Shown here piece after piece: positions 13,420 through 25,458 of a stretch of DNA of 64,000 nt. The first letter of the stretch is position 1. Each line of letters starts with the position of its first letter. The translations under genes and the position numbers were made by a program. The notes beneath the pieces are model-generated. The model did no database searches. It saw only the letters and a program-made list of their open reading frames with translations, and was not told the origin of the DNA. Source of the stretch: Chiloscyllium plagiosum (taxonomy: Eukaryota). The stretch spans positions 80,905,561 through 80,969,560 of the forward strand of contig NC_057718.1 of NCBI RefSeq assembly GCF_004010195.1, given 5' to 3'.

Positions 13420-15477
13420 TTTTTTTAGTTCAAAAATATACTTTATTCATAAAATATTTTGATGATCTGTACAATTGGTCATGCCATACATACGTAGACA
13501 TTCCATTTCTTTGCATACAGAGACAGAGTAATCATTCATGTATACAGGTCTGTACGATTACTATCCACATATGTAGTTGGGGGGTCAGCGGAGCCCCCTT
13601 ACTGCGTTGGCAGGCAGATGTTACACGGTGGCCTTTCCCCACCGCGCCTTGGCAGCAGCTGCCCCAAGCTTCAGCGCGTCCCTCAACACGTAGTCCTGGA
13701 CCTTGGAATGTGCCAGTCTGCAACACTCAGTCAGAGTCAACTCCTTCAGCTGAAAGATCAACAGGTTTCGGACCGCCCAGAGAGTGTCCTTCACTGAGTT
13801 GATGATCCTCCAGGCGCAATTGATGTTCGTCTCGGTGTGCGTCCCGGGGAACAGGCCGTACAGCACGCGTCCCGCGTCACAGCGCTGCTTGGGACGAACC
13901 TCGACAAACACCACTGCATTCCTCTCCAGAATTCCTCTGCATAGGCACATTCCAGAAGGAGGTGTGTGACAGTCTCGTCCCCACTGCAGCCGCTTCGAGG
14001 GCAGCGTGCGGTGCGGCAGAGAGTCCGGGCGTGCATAAAGGATCTCACAGGCAGAGCCCTTCTCACCACCAGCCAAGCCATGTCTTGGTGCTTGTTGGAA
14101 AGTTCTGGCGATGAGGCATTCTGCCAAATGACTTTGACAGTCTGCTCAGGGAACCGCTCGACAGGATCCGCCCTCTCCTTTTCCCGAAGCCGTCTCTGAC
14201 CACTTCCTGATGGACTTGTGGTCAAAGGTGTTTGTCTTCATAAATTTCTCCACAAAGGACAGGTGGTATAGAACGGTCCAACTACTCGGAGCGTTCCGCG
14301 CAGCGAGGCCAGACCCATCCTTTGCAACACCAGGGATAGGTCGAACCTCAGTACGTAGTGACACTTGGTGTTTGTGTACCGGGATCCACGCACAGCTTGA
14401 TGCAGCCACACACAAAGGTGGCCATCAGGGTGAGGGTGGCATTGGGCATGTTTTTCCCCCATTGCCCAGGTCTTTGTTTATTGTGTCCCTTCGGACCTGG
14501 TACATCTTTGATCTCCACATGAAGTGGAAGATGGCCTGGGTGACTCAGCAGCACACGTTCTGGGGATAGGCCAGACCTGTGCCACATATAACAATACTGA
14601 GAGTACCTCACACCTGATGACCAGGTTTTTCCTGGCGATGGAGAGCGACTGTTGCTCCCATCTGCCTAGTTTCTGCCTCATTTTCCTGATCCGCTCCTCC
14701 CAGGTCTTGGCGCACACCCCAGCCCCACCGAACCAAATACCCAGCATCTTCAGGTGGTTGGTCCTGACGGTGAAGTGGATAGAGGATTGGTTGGCCCAGT
14801 TCCTGAAGAGCATGGCTTCGCTCTTGCCTCGGTTTACCTTGGCCCCCGAGGCCAGCTCCAACTGGTCACAGATGCACATGAGTTTGTGCACGGACAGTGG
14901 ATCCGAGCAGAAAACGAAGATGTCATCCAGGGAGGCTTTAACCTGCAGGCCCCCACAGCCAGGAATAGTCACCCCTCTCAGGCTCGCATCCTTCCTGATG
15001 GATTCGGCAAATGGTTCTATGCAGCACACAAACAAGGCAGGACAGAGAGGGCAGCCCTGCCTGACTCCAGATCTTACAGGGAAGCTATCTGTTTCCCACC
15101 CATTGATTGAGACTGCACTGACAATGTTGGTGTAGAACAGTCTAATCCAATTACAGATTCCCTCCCCAAAGTCCATTTTGGAGAGAACATCCCTCATATA
15201 TGTATGTGATATCCTGTCAAAGACTTTCTCCTGGTCCAGGCTGATGAGGCAGGTGTCCATTCCCCCTGTCCTGCACGCAGGCAATCGTATCTCTGAGGAG
15301 TGCAAGACTCTCAGGGATCTTCCTGCCCAGTACAGCACAGGTTTGGTCAGGTGGATCACCGGTCCCAGAGCAGACCTGACCCGGTTGGTGATGACCTTTG
15401 ACAAGATTTTGTAGTCTGTGTTTAACAGTGAGATTGGTCTCCAATTTCTAATTTCCTCCCTCTTCCCCCATCTGGGA
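13420..15477 (-). mobile_element. 5'-truncated Tx1-like (L1 group) non-LTR retrotransposon: RT + C-terminal zinc finger, frameshifted
   Basis: NWRPISLLNTDYKILSKVI, SLDQEKVFDRISH, SGVRQGCPL, CPRSGCSGDETVTHLLLEC; GC-rich; AATAAA plus A-tail at 13420-13447; 14-bp TSD TTGGGATTTAAGCA. Confidence 0.88.
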
Positions 15478-15491
15478 TTGGGATTTAAGCA

Positions 15492-15871
15492 TTTTTTAAA
15501 TTCCAAAAATATACTTTATTCATAAAATATTTTGATGATCTGTACAATTGGACATGCCATACATATGTAAACATTCAATTTCTTCGCATACCGAAACAGA
15601 GTAATCATTCATATTTACAGGTCTGTACGATTACATTTTTAGCTGATGCGTCAGCAGAGCCCAAATGACTGCGTGGGCCCCCTGTTCTTCTTAGGCAGGC
15701 AGTTGTTACACGGTCGTCTTTCCCCACCGCACCTTGGCGGCAGCTGCCCCAACCTTTAGCGCATCCCTCAACACGTAGTCCTGGACCTAGGAATGTGCCA
15801 GTCTGCAACACTCAGTCAGGGCCAACTCCTTCAGCTGGAAGATCAACAGGTTTCGGACCGCCCAGAGAAGC
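15492..15871 (-). mobile_element. Second, short Tx1-like 3' fragment in tandem
   Basis: Homologous to 13420-13780 but with many substitutions and indels; flanked by GGATTGGGATTTAAGCA at 15475-15491 and 15872-15888. Confidence 0.88.
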
Positions 15872-16037
15872 GGATTGGGATTTAAGCAATTCCTTGACAC
15901 CATGCCCACAACAAACTGTTCTTTAATGCAAATGACTGCGTGGCCTCGGAGGGTGTCTTGCTGAGGTCATCCTTCTGGTAGTGGTGACTGCGCTGATGCA
16001 AATCTTCACCCTGCCAATCCGCATTGTCACAGACTTC

Positions 16038-16170
16038 TGTTGGTGGTGTAATTGCATTACAGCCAACACATGTTTTAAAAGTTCGGACTTTAGAAACAGT
16101 GTCACCATTTTGTCAATCATGTTACAGCAAATTCACATGAACGAAATGCGTGTTATAGCAGAATGACTTG
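16038..16170. mobile_element. Right half of the split TA-flanked MITE
   Basis: Terminal inverted repeat to 8578-8598 followed by TA; shares the internal motif ACTTTAGAAA(T/C)AG with the left half. Confidence 0.65.
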
Positions 16171-16172
16171 TA

Positions 16173-16494
16173 TTAGATTAGATTGCTTACAGTGTGGAAA
16201 CAGGCCCTTTGGACCAACAAATCCACACTGAACCACCGAAACGCAACCCACCCAGACACATTCCCCCACATTTACCCCTGCCCTTAACACTACGGCCAAT
16301 TTAGCATGGCCAATTCACCGAACCTGCACATTTTTTTTGGACTGTGGGAGGAAACCAGAGCTCCCGGAGGAAACCCACACCGACACGGGGAGAATGTGCA
16401 AACTCCACACAGTCAGTCGCCTGAGGCGTGAATTGAACCCGGATCTCTGGTGCTATGAGGCAGCAGTGCTAACCACCATGCCACCGTGCCGCCC
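16173..16494 (-). mobile_element. HE1/V-SINE-type SINE
   Basis: (TTAGA)n tail at the left; GGGCGGCACGGTGGCATGGTGGTTAGCACTGCTGCC head on the minus strand. Confidence 0.92.
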
Positions 16495-16526
16495 ACACCT
16501 TTGGAATAGGTGGGGCTTCTACCCAG

Positions 16527-16611
16527 ATTCTGGATTAGTGGTGCTGGAAGAGCTCAGCAGTTCAGGAAGCATCCAAGGAGCTTCGAAATTGATGTTTCGG
16601 GCAAAAGCCCC
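16527..16611 (-). mobile_element. Short PLE-derived 3'-end insertion, truncated inside the hammerhead motif
   Basis: Minus strand GGGCTTTTGCCCGAAACATC..GGATGCTTCCTGAACTGCTG resembles 27445-27530; 15-bp TSD GGGGCTTC(T/A)ACCCAG at 16512-16526 and 16612-16626. Confidence 0.75.
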
Positions 16612-17007
16612 GGGGCTTCAACCCAGCCCTTTCTTAAGGTATCAACTCTTTAATTATGTAGATTTCCTGGTCTGGTCTCTGTTGTAGTTATTTTAATCAA
16701 GCTGTTTGGGAGGGCTATTATGATACAATTTTAGTGTCCATGTGTCTGAGCCATGATACTTGCATTCAGGTATGTCATGACACCTCTGAACAGGTTGATT
16801 AGAAATTATCTGTGTCACTAAACCTTCTGGTCCATATCATTGTATACTTGGCATTTTCAGGTGATCCCATTTTTAAGTATCGACTTTACAGATCTTTATC
16901 ACCACTGGGAAGAAAGCAGCAGTCAGTGAGACAAGACAGTCACCTTGGTGTTAAGATTAGTTTTTAAAGCTTCAATCAGCATATGATATCCAAACATTGT
17001 GCAATCA

Positions 17008-19055
17008 AGTCATAGAGTCATAGAGATGTACAGCATAAAAACAAACCCTTTGGTCCAACCTGTCCATGCAAACCAGATATCCCAACCCAATCTAGTCCCA
17101 CCTGCCAGCACCTGGCCCATATCCCTCCAAACCCGTCCTATTCATATACCCATCCAAATGCCTCTTAAATGTTGCAATTGTACCAGCCTCCACCACTTCC
17201 TCNNNNNNNNNNNNNNNNNNNNNNNNNNNNNNNNNNNNNNNNNNNNNNNNNNNNNNNNNNNNNNNNNNNNNNNNNNNNNNNNNNNNNNNNNNNNNNNNNN
17301 NNNNNNNNNNNNNNNNNNNNNNNNNNNNNNNNNNNNNNNNNNNNNNNNNNNNNNNNNNNNNNNNNNNNNNNNNNNNNNNNNNNNNNNNNNNNNNNNNNNN
17401 NNNNNNNNNNNNNNNNNNNNNNNNNNNNNNNNNNNNNNNNNNNNNNNNNNNNNNNNNNNNNNNNNNNNNNNNNNNNNNNNNNNNNNNNNNNNNNNNNNNN
17501 NNNNNNNNNNNNNNNNNNNNNNNNNNNNNNNNNNNNNNNNNNNNNNNNNNNNNNNNNNNNNNNNNNNNNNNGACCTTACCATTAAGTGTATAAGTCCTGC
17601 TAAGATTTGCTTTCCCAAAATGCAGCACCTCACATTTATCTGAATTAAACTCCATCTGCCACTTCTCAGCCCATTGGCCCATCTGGTCAAGATCCTGTTG
17701 TAATCTGAGGTAACCTTCTTCGCTGTCCACTACACCTCCAATATTGGTGTCATCTACAAACTTACTAACTATACCTCTTATGCTCGCATCCAAATCATTT
17801 ATGTAAATGACGAAAAGTCGTGGACTCAGCACCAATCCTTGTGGCACTCCACTGGTCAAAGGCCTCCAGTCTGCAAAACATCCTCCACGATCATCCTCTG
17901 TCTTCTAGCTTTGAGCCTGTTCTGTATCCAAATGGCTAGTTCTCCCTATATTCCGTGAGATCTAACCTTGCTAACCAGTCTCCCATGGGGAACCTTGTCG
18001 AACACCATACTGAAGTCCATATAGATCACATCTACCACTCTGCCCTCATCAATCGTCTTGGTTACTTCTTCAAAAAACTCAATCACGTTTGTGAAACACG
18101 ATTTCTTATGCACAAAGCCATGTTGACTATCCATAATCAGTCCGTGCCTTTCCAATACATACACATCATGTCCCTCAGAATTCCCTCCAACAACTTGCCC
18201 ACCACTGATGTCAGGTTCACTGGTCTATAGTTTCCTGGCTTGTCCTTACCACCCTTCTTAAACAGTGTCACCACGTTAGCCAACCTCTAGTCTTCCAGCA
18301 CCTCACCTGTGACTATCAATGATAGAAATATCTCAGCAAGACGCTCAGCAATCACTTTTCTAGCTTCCCACAGAGTTCTTGGGTACACCTGATCAGGTCC
18401 TGGGGATTTATCCAACTTTATGCATTTCAAGACATCCAGCACTTCCTCCTCTGTAATATGGACATTTTGCAAGATGTCACCATCTATTTCCCTCCATTCT
18501 ATATCTTCAATGTCCTTTTCCACAGTAAATATTAATGCAAAATACTCGTTTAGTATCTCCCCCATTTTCTGTGGCTCCACACAAAGGCCACCTTGCTGAT
18601 CTTTGAGGGGCCCTATTCTCTCCCTAGTTACCCTTTTGTCCTTAATGTATTTGTAAAAACCCTTTGGATTCTCCTTAATTCTATTTGCCAAAGCTATCTC
18701 ATGTCCCCTTTTTGCCCTCCTGATTTCCCTCTTAAGTATACTCCTACTGCCTTTATACTCTTCTAAGGATTCACTCAATCTATCCTGTCTATACCTTACA
18801 TATGCTTCCTTCTTTTTCTTAACCAAACCCTCAATTTCTTTAGTCAGCCAGCATTCCCTATACCTACCAGCCTTTCCTTTCACCCTAACAGGAGTATACT
18901 TTCACTGGATTCTTGTTATCTCATTTCTGAAGGCTTCCCATTTTCCAGCTGTCCCTTTGCCTGCGAACATCTGCCCCCAATTAGCTTTTGAAAGTTCTTG
19001 CCTAATGCCGTCAAAATTAGCCTTCTCCAATTTAGAACTTCCAACTTTTAGATCT
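17008..19055 (-). mobile_element. 5'-truncated CR1 LINE spanning an assembly gap
   Basis: Tail at 17008; GVPQGLVL..KFVDDTN; SQHGF; KSPGPDQVYPR. Confidence 0.93.
17203..17571. other. Assembly gap (N run)
   Basis: Run of N. Confidence 1.
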
Positions 19056-19224
19056 TCTCTTATGATTGGCAGCAGGTTGAGAACAACCGTGAAGTAACTC
19101 ATCTTCACCCTTCCATCATTAGTTAATCTTCAAAATTTCAGAGTTTTTCTGGACTGCTAAATTGCCCTGAAATGCTTGAAAATCCTGAAAGAGTGTTTAA
19201 CTTGAGAAATGCAGTGCTTTAAGA

Positions 19225-19750
19225 CAACAAGACATCGGAACAAGAGAAAGCAGAATGGTCCCTCCAGCTTGCTCTGCCATTTAATAAGATCATGGCTGAA
19301 CCGACATTCCTCACATCCACTTTCCTGACATCTCCCAATAAACCTCAATTCCCCTACTGATCAAGAATCTGTCTCAGCCTTAAATATACACCAGTCCTCT
19401 CCCTCCACAACTCTCAGTCGTCAGGAGTTCCAAAGATTCACAACCCTCGAGAGAAGAAATTCCTCCTTATCTTAATTTTGAATTGACACCGCTTTATTTT
19501 GAGATGATACCCTCTCGTCCTAGACTCTCTAATGAGGGGAAACATCGTCTGAGCATTTGTGCAGTCCTTAAGCCCTTAAGACTCTTACATATTTTAATGA
19601 GATTATCTCTCACTCTTCTAAATTCCAGTGAGTAAAGTCCCAACCCCTGGTTAGCCTTTGTTTATAAGACAAACTCTCCATTCCAAGGATCATCCTCCAA
19701 AGAACTGCCTCCAATGAAATTATATGTTTTTTCAAATAAGGGGTAACATA
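19225..19750 (-). mobile_element. Older CR1-like subfamily 3' fragment
   Basis: GCTCTGCCATTTAATAAGATCATGGCTGA tail type, also seen at ~8350-8530; GAGAAGAAATTCCTCC and CTAGACTCT motifs of the CR1 C-terminus. Confidence 0.65.
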
Positions 19751-19989
19751 TCGGATCACATAGATTGATTGGAGTGGTAGTTAGAGGCAATGTGGAATAT
19801 ACAGGAACTAGTGGGCGCGATGGTTGGCAGTTGCAGAATGGTAGATAAACCAAGGATACAGTCAGTCACTTGGATTTATATATTAATGAATTGAAACCTG
19901 CATCCTCATTTTAAATGATTAAAGACTTAACAGGAATCTAGATTTGTTCAAAACATTGCATCAGTTGTATGAGATTTTGATCTTTTACG

Positions 19990-20105
19990 ATAAATTCTGT
20001 GTCCTATGATCCTGCACCATTAGCTGCCTGACAAAGGAGCAGTGCTCCGAAAACTTGGACTTCCAAATAAACCTGTTAGACTGTAACCTGATGTGTGATT
20101 TTTAA
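19990..20105 (+). mobile_element. Decayed PLE terminal-repeat fragment with a degenerate hammerhead motif
   Basis: Aligns by eye to 22734-22855 (ATAAATTCTGTG..GGAGCAGTGCTCCGAAA..TAAACCTGTT..TGTGTGATTTTTAA). Confidence 0.75.
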
Positions 20106-21529
20106 AATTAAACTGCATTTATTTTAATGCAAGTGGCCCAACAGGTAACACAGCTGAACTCGGGCACGGTTGGGAACATGGGACTGGGGTATCATAGCAA
20201 TTACAGAGACGTGGCTCAAGGATGGACAGAACTAGCAGCTTAATGTTTCAGGTTATAGATGCTGTGGGAAGGGTAGAAAGGAAGGGAAAAGTGAAGGGGG
20301 AGTGGCATTTTTGATTAGGGATATCATTCTAGCTATACATAAGGAGGATATTCCTGGGAATACACCCAAGGAAGTTATTTGGGTGCAACGAAGAAATAAG
20401 AAAGGGATGATCAACTTATTGGGATTGTATTATAGACCCTCCCCCCATGCAATAGTCAGCGAGAAATTGAGAAACAAATTTGTAAGGAGGTCGCAGTTAT
20501 CTGTAAGAATAATAGGGTGGTTATGGTAGGGGATTTTAACTTTCCAAATATAGACTGGGATGGCCATAATTTTAAGGACTTGAATGGACAGGAATTTGTT
20601 AAGTGTGTACAAGAAAATTTTCTGATTCACTATGTGGATGTACCTGCTAGAAAAGGTGCAACACTTAACCTACTCTTGGGAAATAAGGCAGGGGAGGTGA
20701 CTGAGGTGTCAGTAGGGGAGTACCTGTACTGGGATCAGTGACCATAATTCTATTAGATTTAAAGTAATGATGGAAAAGGACAGACCGGATCTAAAAGTTG
20801 AAGTTCTAAATTGGAGCAAGGCCAATTTTGATGGTATGAGGCAAGTAATTTCAAAAGTTGACTGGGGACAAATATTTGCAGCTAAAGAGATGGCTGGAAA
20901 ATGGGGAGACTTCAAATGAGATAATGAGAGTCCAGAGTTGGTATGTTCTTGTTAGGCTAAAAAGGAAGGCTGGTAGGTGTAGGGAATGCTGGATGACTCG
21001 AGAAATTTATGATTCGGAGATGCCGGTATTGGACTGGGGTGTACAAAGTTAAAAGTCACACAACACCAGGTTATAGTCCAACAGGTTTAATTGGAAGCAC
21101 ACTAGCTTTTGGAGCGACGCTCCTTCATCAGGTGATTGTGGAGGGCTCGATCGTAACACAGAATTTATAGCAAAAATTTGCAGTGTGATGTAACTGAAAT
21201 TATACATTGAAGAATTGATTGTCTGTTCAGCCTTTCATCTGTTAGAATACAGTGATAGTTTCACTTCTTTCATGTGTAAATCACAAAACCCTTTTTTTAA
21301 AAGTTGCACTCTCGGGTGAGCTGTTAACAATGGTGATAGCTAGACAATGTGTTGAAAGTGTCTATCTCTATGACCTGATGTTTAGATTGATTCCAAACTA
21401 AAAAGTGAAATAACAGACTTTTACATAAATTCATGCAGTTTTTGAGCTCTGAGCTCGACATGAATCTATGTGGTTTTTGAGCAAAGTGCAATGTAACTTT
21501 GTACCAAAAGAATTGTCTGTCTGGGGTGG

Positions 21530-22314
21530 NNNNNNNNNNNNNNNNNNNNNNNNNNNNNNNNNNNNNNNNNNNNNNNNNNNNNNNNNNNNNNNNNNNNNNN
21601 NNNNNNNNNNNNNNNNNNNNNNNNNNNNNNNNNNNNNNNNNNNNNNNNNNNNNNNNNNNNNNNNNNNNNNNNNNNNNNNNNNNNNNNNNNNNNNNNNNNN
21701 NNNNNNNNNNNNNNNNNNNNNNNNNNNNNNNNNNNNNNNNNNNNNNNNNNNNNNNNNNNNNNNNNNNNNNNNNNNNNNNNNNNNNNNNNNNNNNNNNNNN
21801 NNNNNNNNNNNNNNNNNNNNNNNNNNNNNNNNNNNNNNNNNNNNNNNNNNNNNNNNNNNNNNNNNNNNNNNNNNNNNNNNNNNNNNNNNNNNNNNNNNNN
21901 NNNNNNNNNNNNNNNNNNNNNNNNNNNNNNNNNNNNNNNNNNNNNNNNNNNNNNNNNNNNNNNNNNNNNNNNNNNNNNNNNNNNNNNNNNNNNNNNNNNN
22001 NNNNNNNNNNNNNNNNNNNNNNNNNNNNNNNNNNNNNNNNNNNNNNNNNNNNNNNNNNNNNNNNNNNNNNNNNNNNNNNNNNNNNNNNNNNNNNNNNNNN
22101 NNNNNNNNNNNNNNNNNNNNNNNNNNNNNNNNNNNNNNNNNNNNNNNNNNNNNNNNNNNNNNNNNNNNNNNNNNNNNNNNNNNNNNNNNNNNNNNNNNNN
22201 NNNNNNNNNNNNNNNNNNNNNNNNNNNNNNNNNNNNNNNNNNNNNNNNNNNNNNNNNNNNNNNNNNNNNNNNNNNNNNNNNNNNNNNNNNNNNNNNNNNN
22301 NNNNNNNNNNNNNN
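21530..22314. other. Assembly gap (N run)
   Basis: Run of N. Confidence 1.
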
Positions 22315-22767
22315 CAGACACACACACAGACAGACAAAGACCCACATGCACACATATATATTGTGTGTGGTGAATTTTTTTGGTACAAAGTTACATTGCA
22401 CTTTGCTCAAAAACCACATAGATTCATGTTGAACTCTGAGCTCAAAAACTGCAAGAATTTATGTAAAAGTCTGTTATTTCACTTTTTAGATTGGAATCAA
22501 CCTAAACATCAGGCCATAGACAGAGAACACAGGGGGCTAACACCTTCAACACATTGTCTAGCTATCACCATTGTTAACAGCTCACCCGAGAGTGCAACTT
22601 TTAAAAGAAAGGGTTTTGTGATTTACACATGAAAGAAGTGAAACTATCATTGTATTCTAACAGATGAACGGCTTAACAGACAATCAATTCTTCAATGTAT
22701 AATTTCAGTTACATCACACTGCAAATTTTTGCTATAAATTCTGTGTTACGATCGAGCCCTCCACAAT

Positions 22768-22802
22768 CACCTGATGAAGGAGCGTCGCTCCGAAAGCTAG
22801 TG
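22768..22802 (+). ncRNA. Minimal type I hammerhead ribozyme motif (PLE-associated)
   Basis: CAC-CTGATGA-A-GGAGC(GTC)GCTCC-GAA-AGCT-A-GTG: intact core boxes, 5-bp stem II, palindromic AGCT stem III, CAC/GTG stem I. Confidence 0.72.
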
Positions 22803-25458
22803 TGCTTCCAATTAAACCTGTTGGACTATAACCTGGTGTTGTGTGATTTTTAACTTCGAGAAATTTAGGTTTTCATCAAGAAAAAGGAGGAAGCATACAT
22901 CAGGTACAGACAGCAGAGATCAAGTGAATCTTTAGAAGAGTATAAAGGCAGTTGGAATATACTTAAGAAGAAAATCAGGAGGGCAAAAAAAGGACATGAG
23001 ATAGCTTTGGCAAATAGGAGAATCCAGGAATTTTACAAATACATTAAGGACAAATGGGTAACAAAAGGGAGAATAGGACCTGTTAAAGATCAGCAAAGAC
23101 ACCTATGTATAAAACCACAGGAGGTGGGGGAGATACGAAATGAGTATTTTGCATCAGTGTTACCATGAAGAAGGATGTGGAAGAGATAGAATGTGGGGAA
23201 ATAAATAGTGACATCTTGGAAATGTCCATATTACAGAAGAGATGGTACTGGACAGCTTAGAACACATAAAGGTGGAGTCACAACTAAATAGGATAGTGAA
23301 GAAGATGTTTGGTATGCTTGCCTTAATTGGTCAGTGCATTGAATACAGGAGTTGGAAGGCCATTTTGCATTGTACAGGATATAGTTAGGCCACTTTTGGA
23401 ATACTGCATGCAATTCTGATCACCCCTGCAATAGGAAGGATTTTGTGAAACCTGAAAGGGCTCAGAAAAGATTTACAGACATGTTGCTGGGGATGGAGGA
23501 TTTGGGCTATAGAGAGAGGCTGAATAGGCTGGGTCTGTTTTCCCTGGAGCATTGGAAGCTGAGGGGTGACCTTATAGAATTTTATAAAATCATGGAGGGC
23601 ATGGACACAGTAAATAGACAAGGTCTTTTCCACAGGATAGCAGAGTCTAAAACTGGAGGACATAGTTTTAACGTGATGGGGAAAGATTTAAAAGGGATCT
23701 GAGGGACAATTTTTTTTTATGCAGAGAGTGATGCATGTATGGAATGAGCTGTCATCTACCAGTGAAGGAGGCTGGTATGATTATCACATTTAAAAGCATC
23801 TGGATGGGTTCATGAATAGGAAGGACTTGGGGGGATGTTGGCCAAATGCTAGCAAATAGGACTAGATTAATTTAAGATGTCTGATTGGCATGGATGAGTT
23901 GGTCCGAAGGGTCTGTTTCATCCCTATGACTATACGGGGACCAAAACTGCTTACAGTACTTCAGCTGTGGTCTCACCAACACCTTGTACAGATGCAGTAA
24001 GAATTCCCTACCCTTGTACTCCAACTCTCTTTAAATAAGAGCCAACATTTAATTAGCCTTCCTTATTACTTGTTGTATTTGTGTGCTAGCTTTCTGTACT
24101 TCATGTACAAGTGTCCCCAAGTCCTTTTGTGTTGCTGCTTTCTGCAGATTTTCCCCATTTAAATAATACTGCTGTTTTGTTCTTCTTTCCAAAATGAACA
24201 ATGTCAGAAATCCCACATTATACTCCATTTGCCAACTTTTTGTCCACATACTTAACCAATCAATACCTTTATGAAAACCTTTTCTTACTCCCTCTTACAA
24301 CCAGCTTTTCCACCAACAAACTAATACATATTGTAAATAATAGCAGTTCCAGCACTGATCCTTGTGGAAACCCACTGGTCATAGTTCACCAACCTGAAAA
24401 AGAACCCTCTGTCCTCGAACCAATTCTCCATCCATGCCAACATATCACCTCCAACACTGTGGGCTCTTTTGACTTAAACTTTTGTGAGGTACTTTGCAAA
24501 GTCCAAATTAAGGACATCTACTAGTTTCCCTCTGTTCACTCTGCTTAAGACTTCCTTAAAAAAACTTTAATTTCGTCAGACATGAATTCCCTTTCATGAT
24601 GCCATGGTGACTCTACTTGATTAGATAATGATTTTCCAAATGTACTGCTATTACTCCCTTGATAGTTTATTCTAATAGCTTTCCAACAATAGATTTAGGC
24701 TAATTGGTGTTTAGTTGCCTTTTTTTTGCCTCCTTCCATTTTTAAATAGGGGTGTCATATTAACAGCTTTCTAATCCTCTGGTACGACTCCAGATTCCAA
24801 TCATTCTTGCAATATTACAACTTAATGTATCCATTTTATTTCTATAGCTACTTCTTTTAGGATCCAAGGATGTAAGTCATCAGGGCCAGGGGACTTACCT
24901 GCTTTTAGCCCCATTAGTTTGTCTAATACTACTTCTCCAGCAATGGTTATTGTACTAAATTCTTCTCTAATATTTAGTATTAATGGGATGTTCATAGCAT
25001 CTTCCACCACAAAGGATGATGCAAAATATCTGTTTAACTCTGCAATTTCTTTGTCTCCCCTAAACCTTCTGCCAAATATTTTTCTAAGGGGCTATGTTCA
25101 CTTTGACCTCTCTCTTCCTTTTTGGATTTTTAAGGAATCTCTTATTGTCAGTTTATATATTCCTCACTAGTTTGCTCTTGTAGTTTAGTTTTTCTGTCTT
25201 TATTTTCTCTTTAATCCTCCCTTGCTAGATTCTGAATTTATTCATGTTCAGGCCTATCATTAACATTGTTTTTATGCTATTCCTTTCAACTAAATACCCT
25301 CCTTAACTTCCTTGGTTAGCTATAATTGGTTTATCCTTAGAATCTTTCTGCCTAACTGCGATGATTTGTTTACTAAACTATAAATCATGAATTACCTCCT
25401 TAAACATTTGCCACTGTTTGCTTCCTGTCATTCCTGTTGATCTACCTTCCCAAATCAC

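Larger units (their letters stand above)
21010..22855 (-). mobile_element. Penelope-like element with ~470-bp inverted terminal arms and a 37-nt one-sided tail
   Basis: Arms 21047-~21514 and ~22373-22855 are reverse complements; unpaired tail 21010-21046; 12-bp TSD TCGAGAAATTTA at 20998-21009 and 22856-22867; hammerhead motif in each arm. Confidence 0.8.
20105..23933 (+). mobile_element. CR1 ORF2 copy interrupted by a PLE at 21010-22855, with an internal deletion near 23270
   Basis: Endonuclease N-terminus through VMVGDFNFPNIDW; host resumes after the TSD at 22856; jumps from AAAGGTGGA to the post-RT region; CTATGACT tail. Confidence 0.9.

Noticed and set aside
14524..15135. 203-aa plus-strand ORF
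   Set aside because: It is the antisense shadow of the GC-rich Tx1-like RT.
16999..22632. Long ORFs of 138-377 aa in the ORF track
   Set aside because: They are long only because they read through N gaps.
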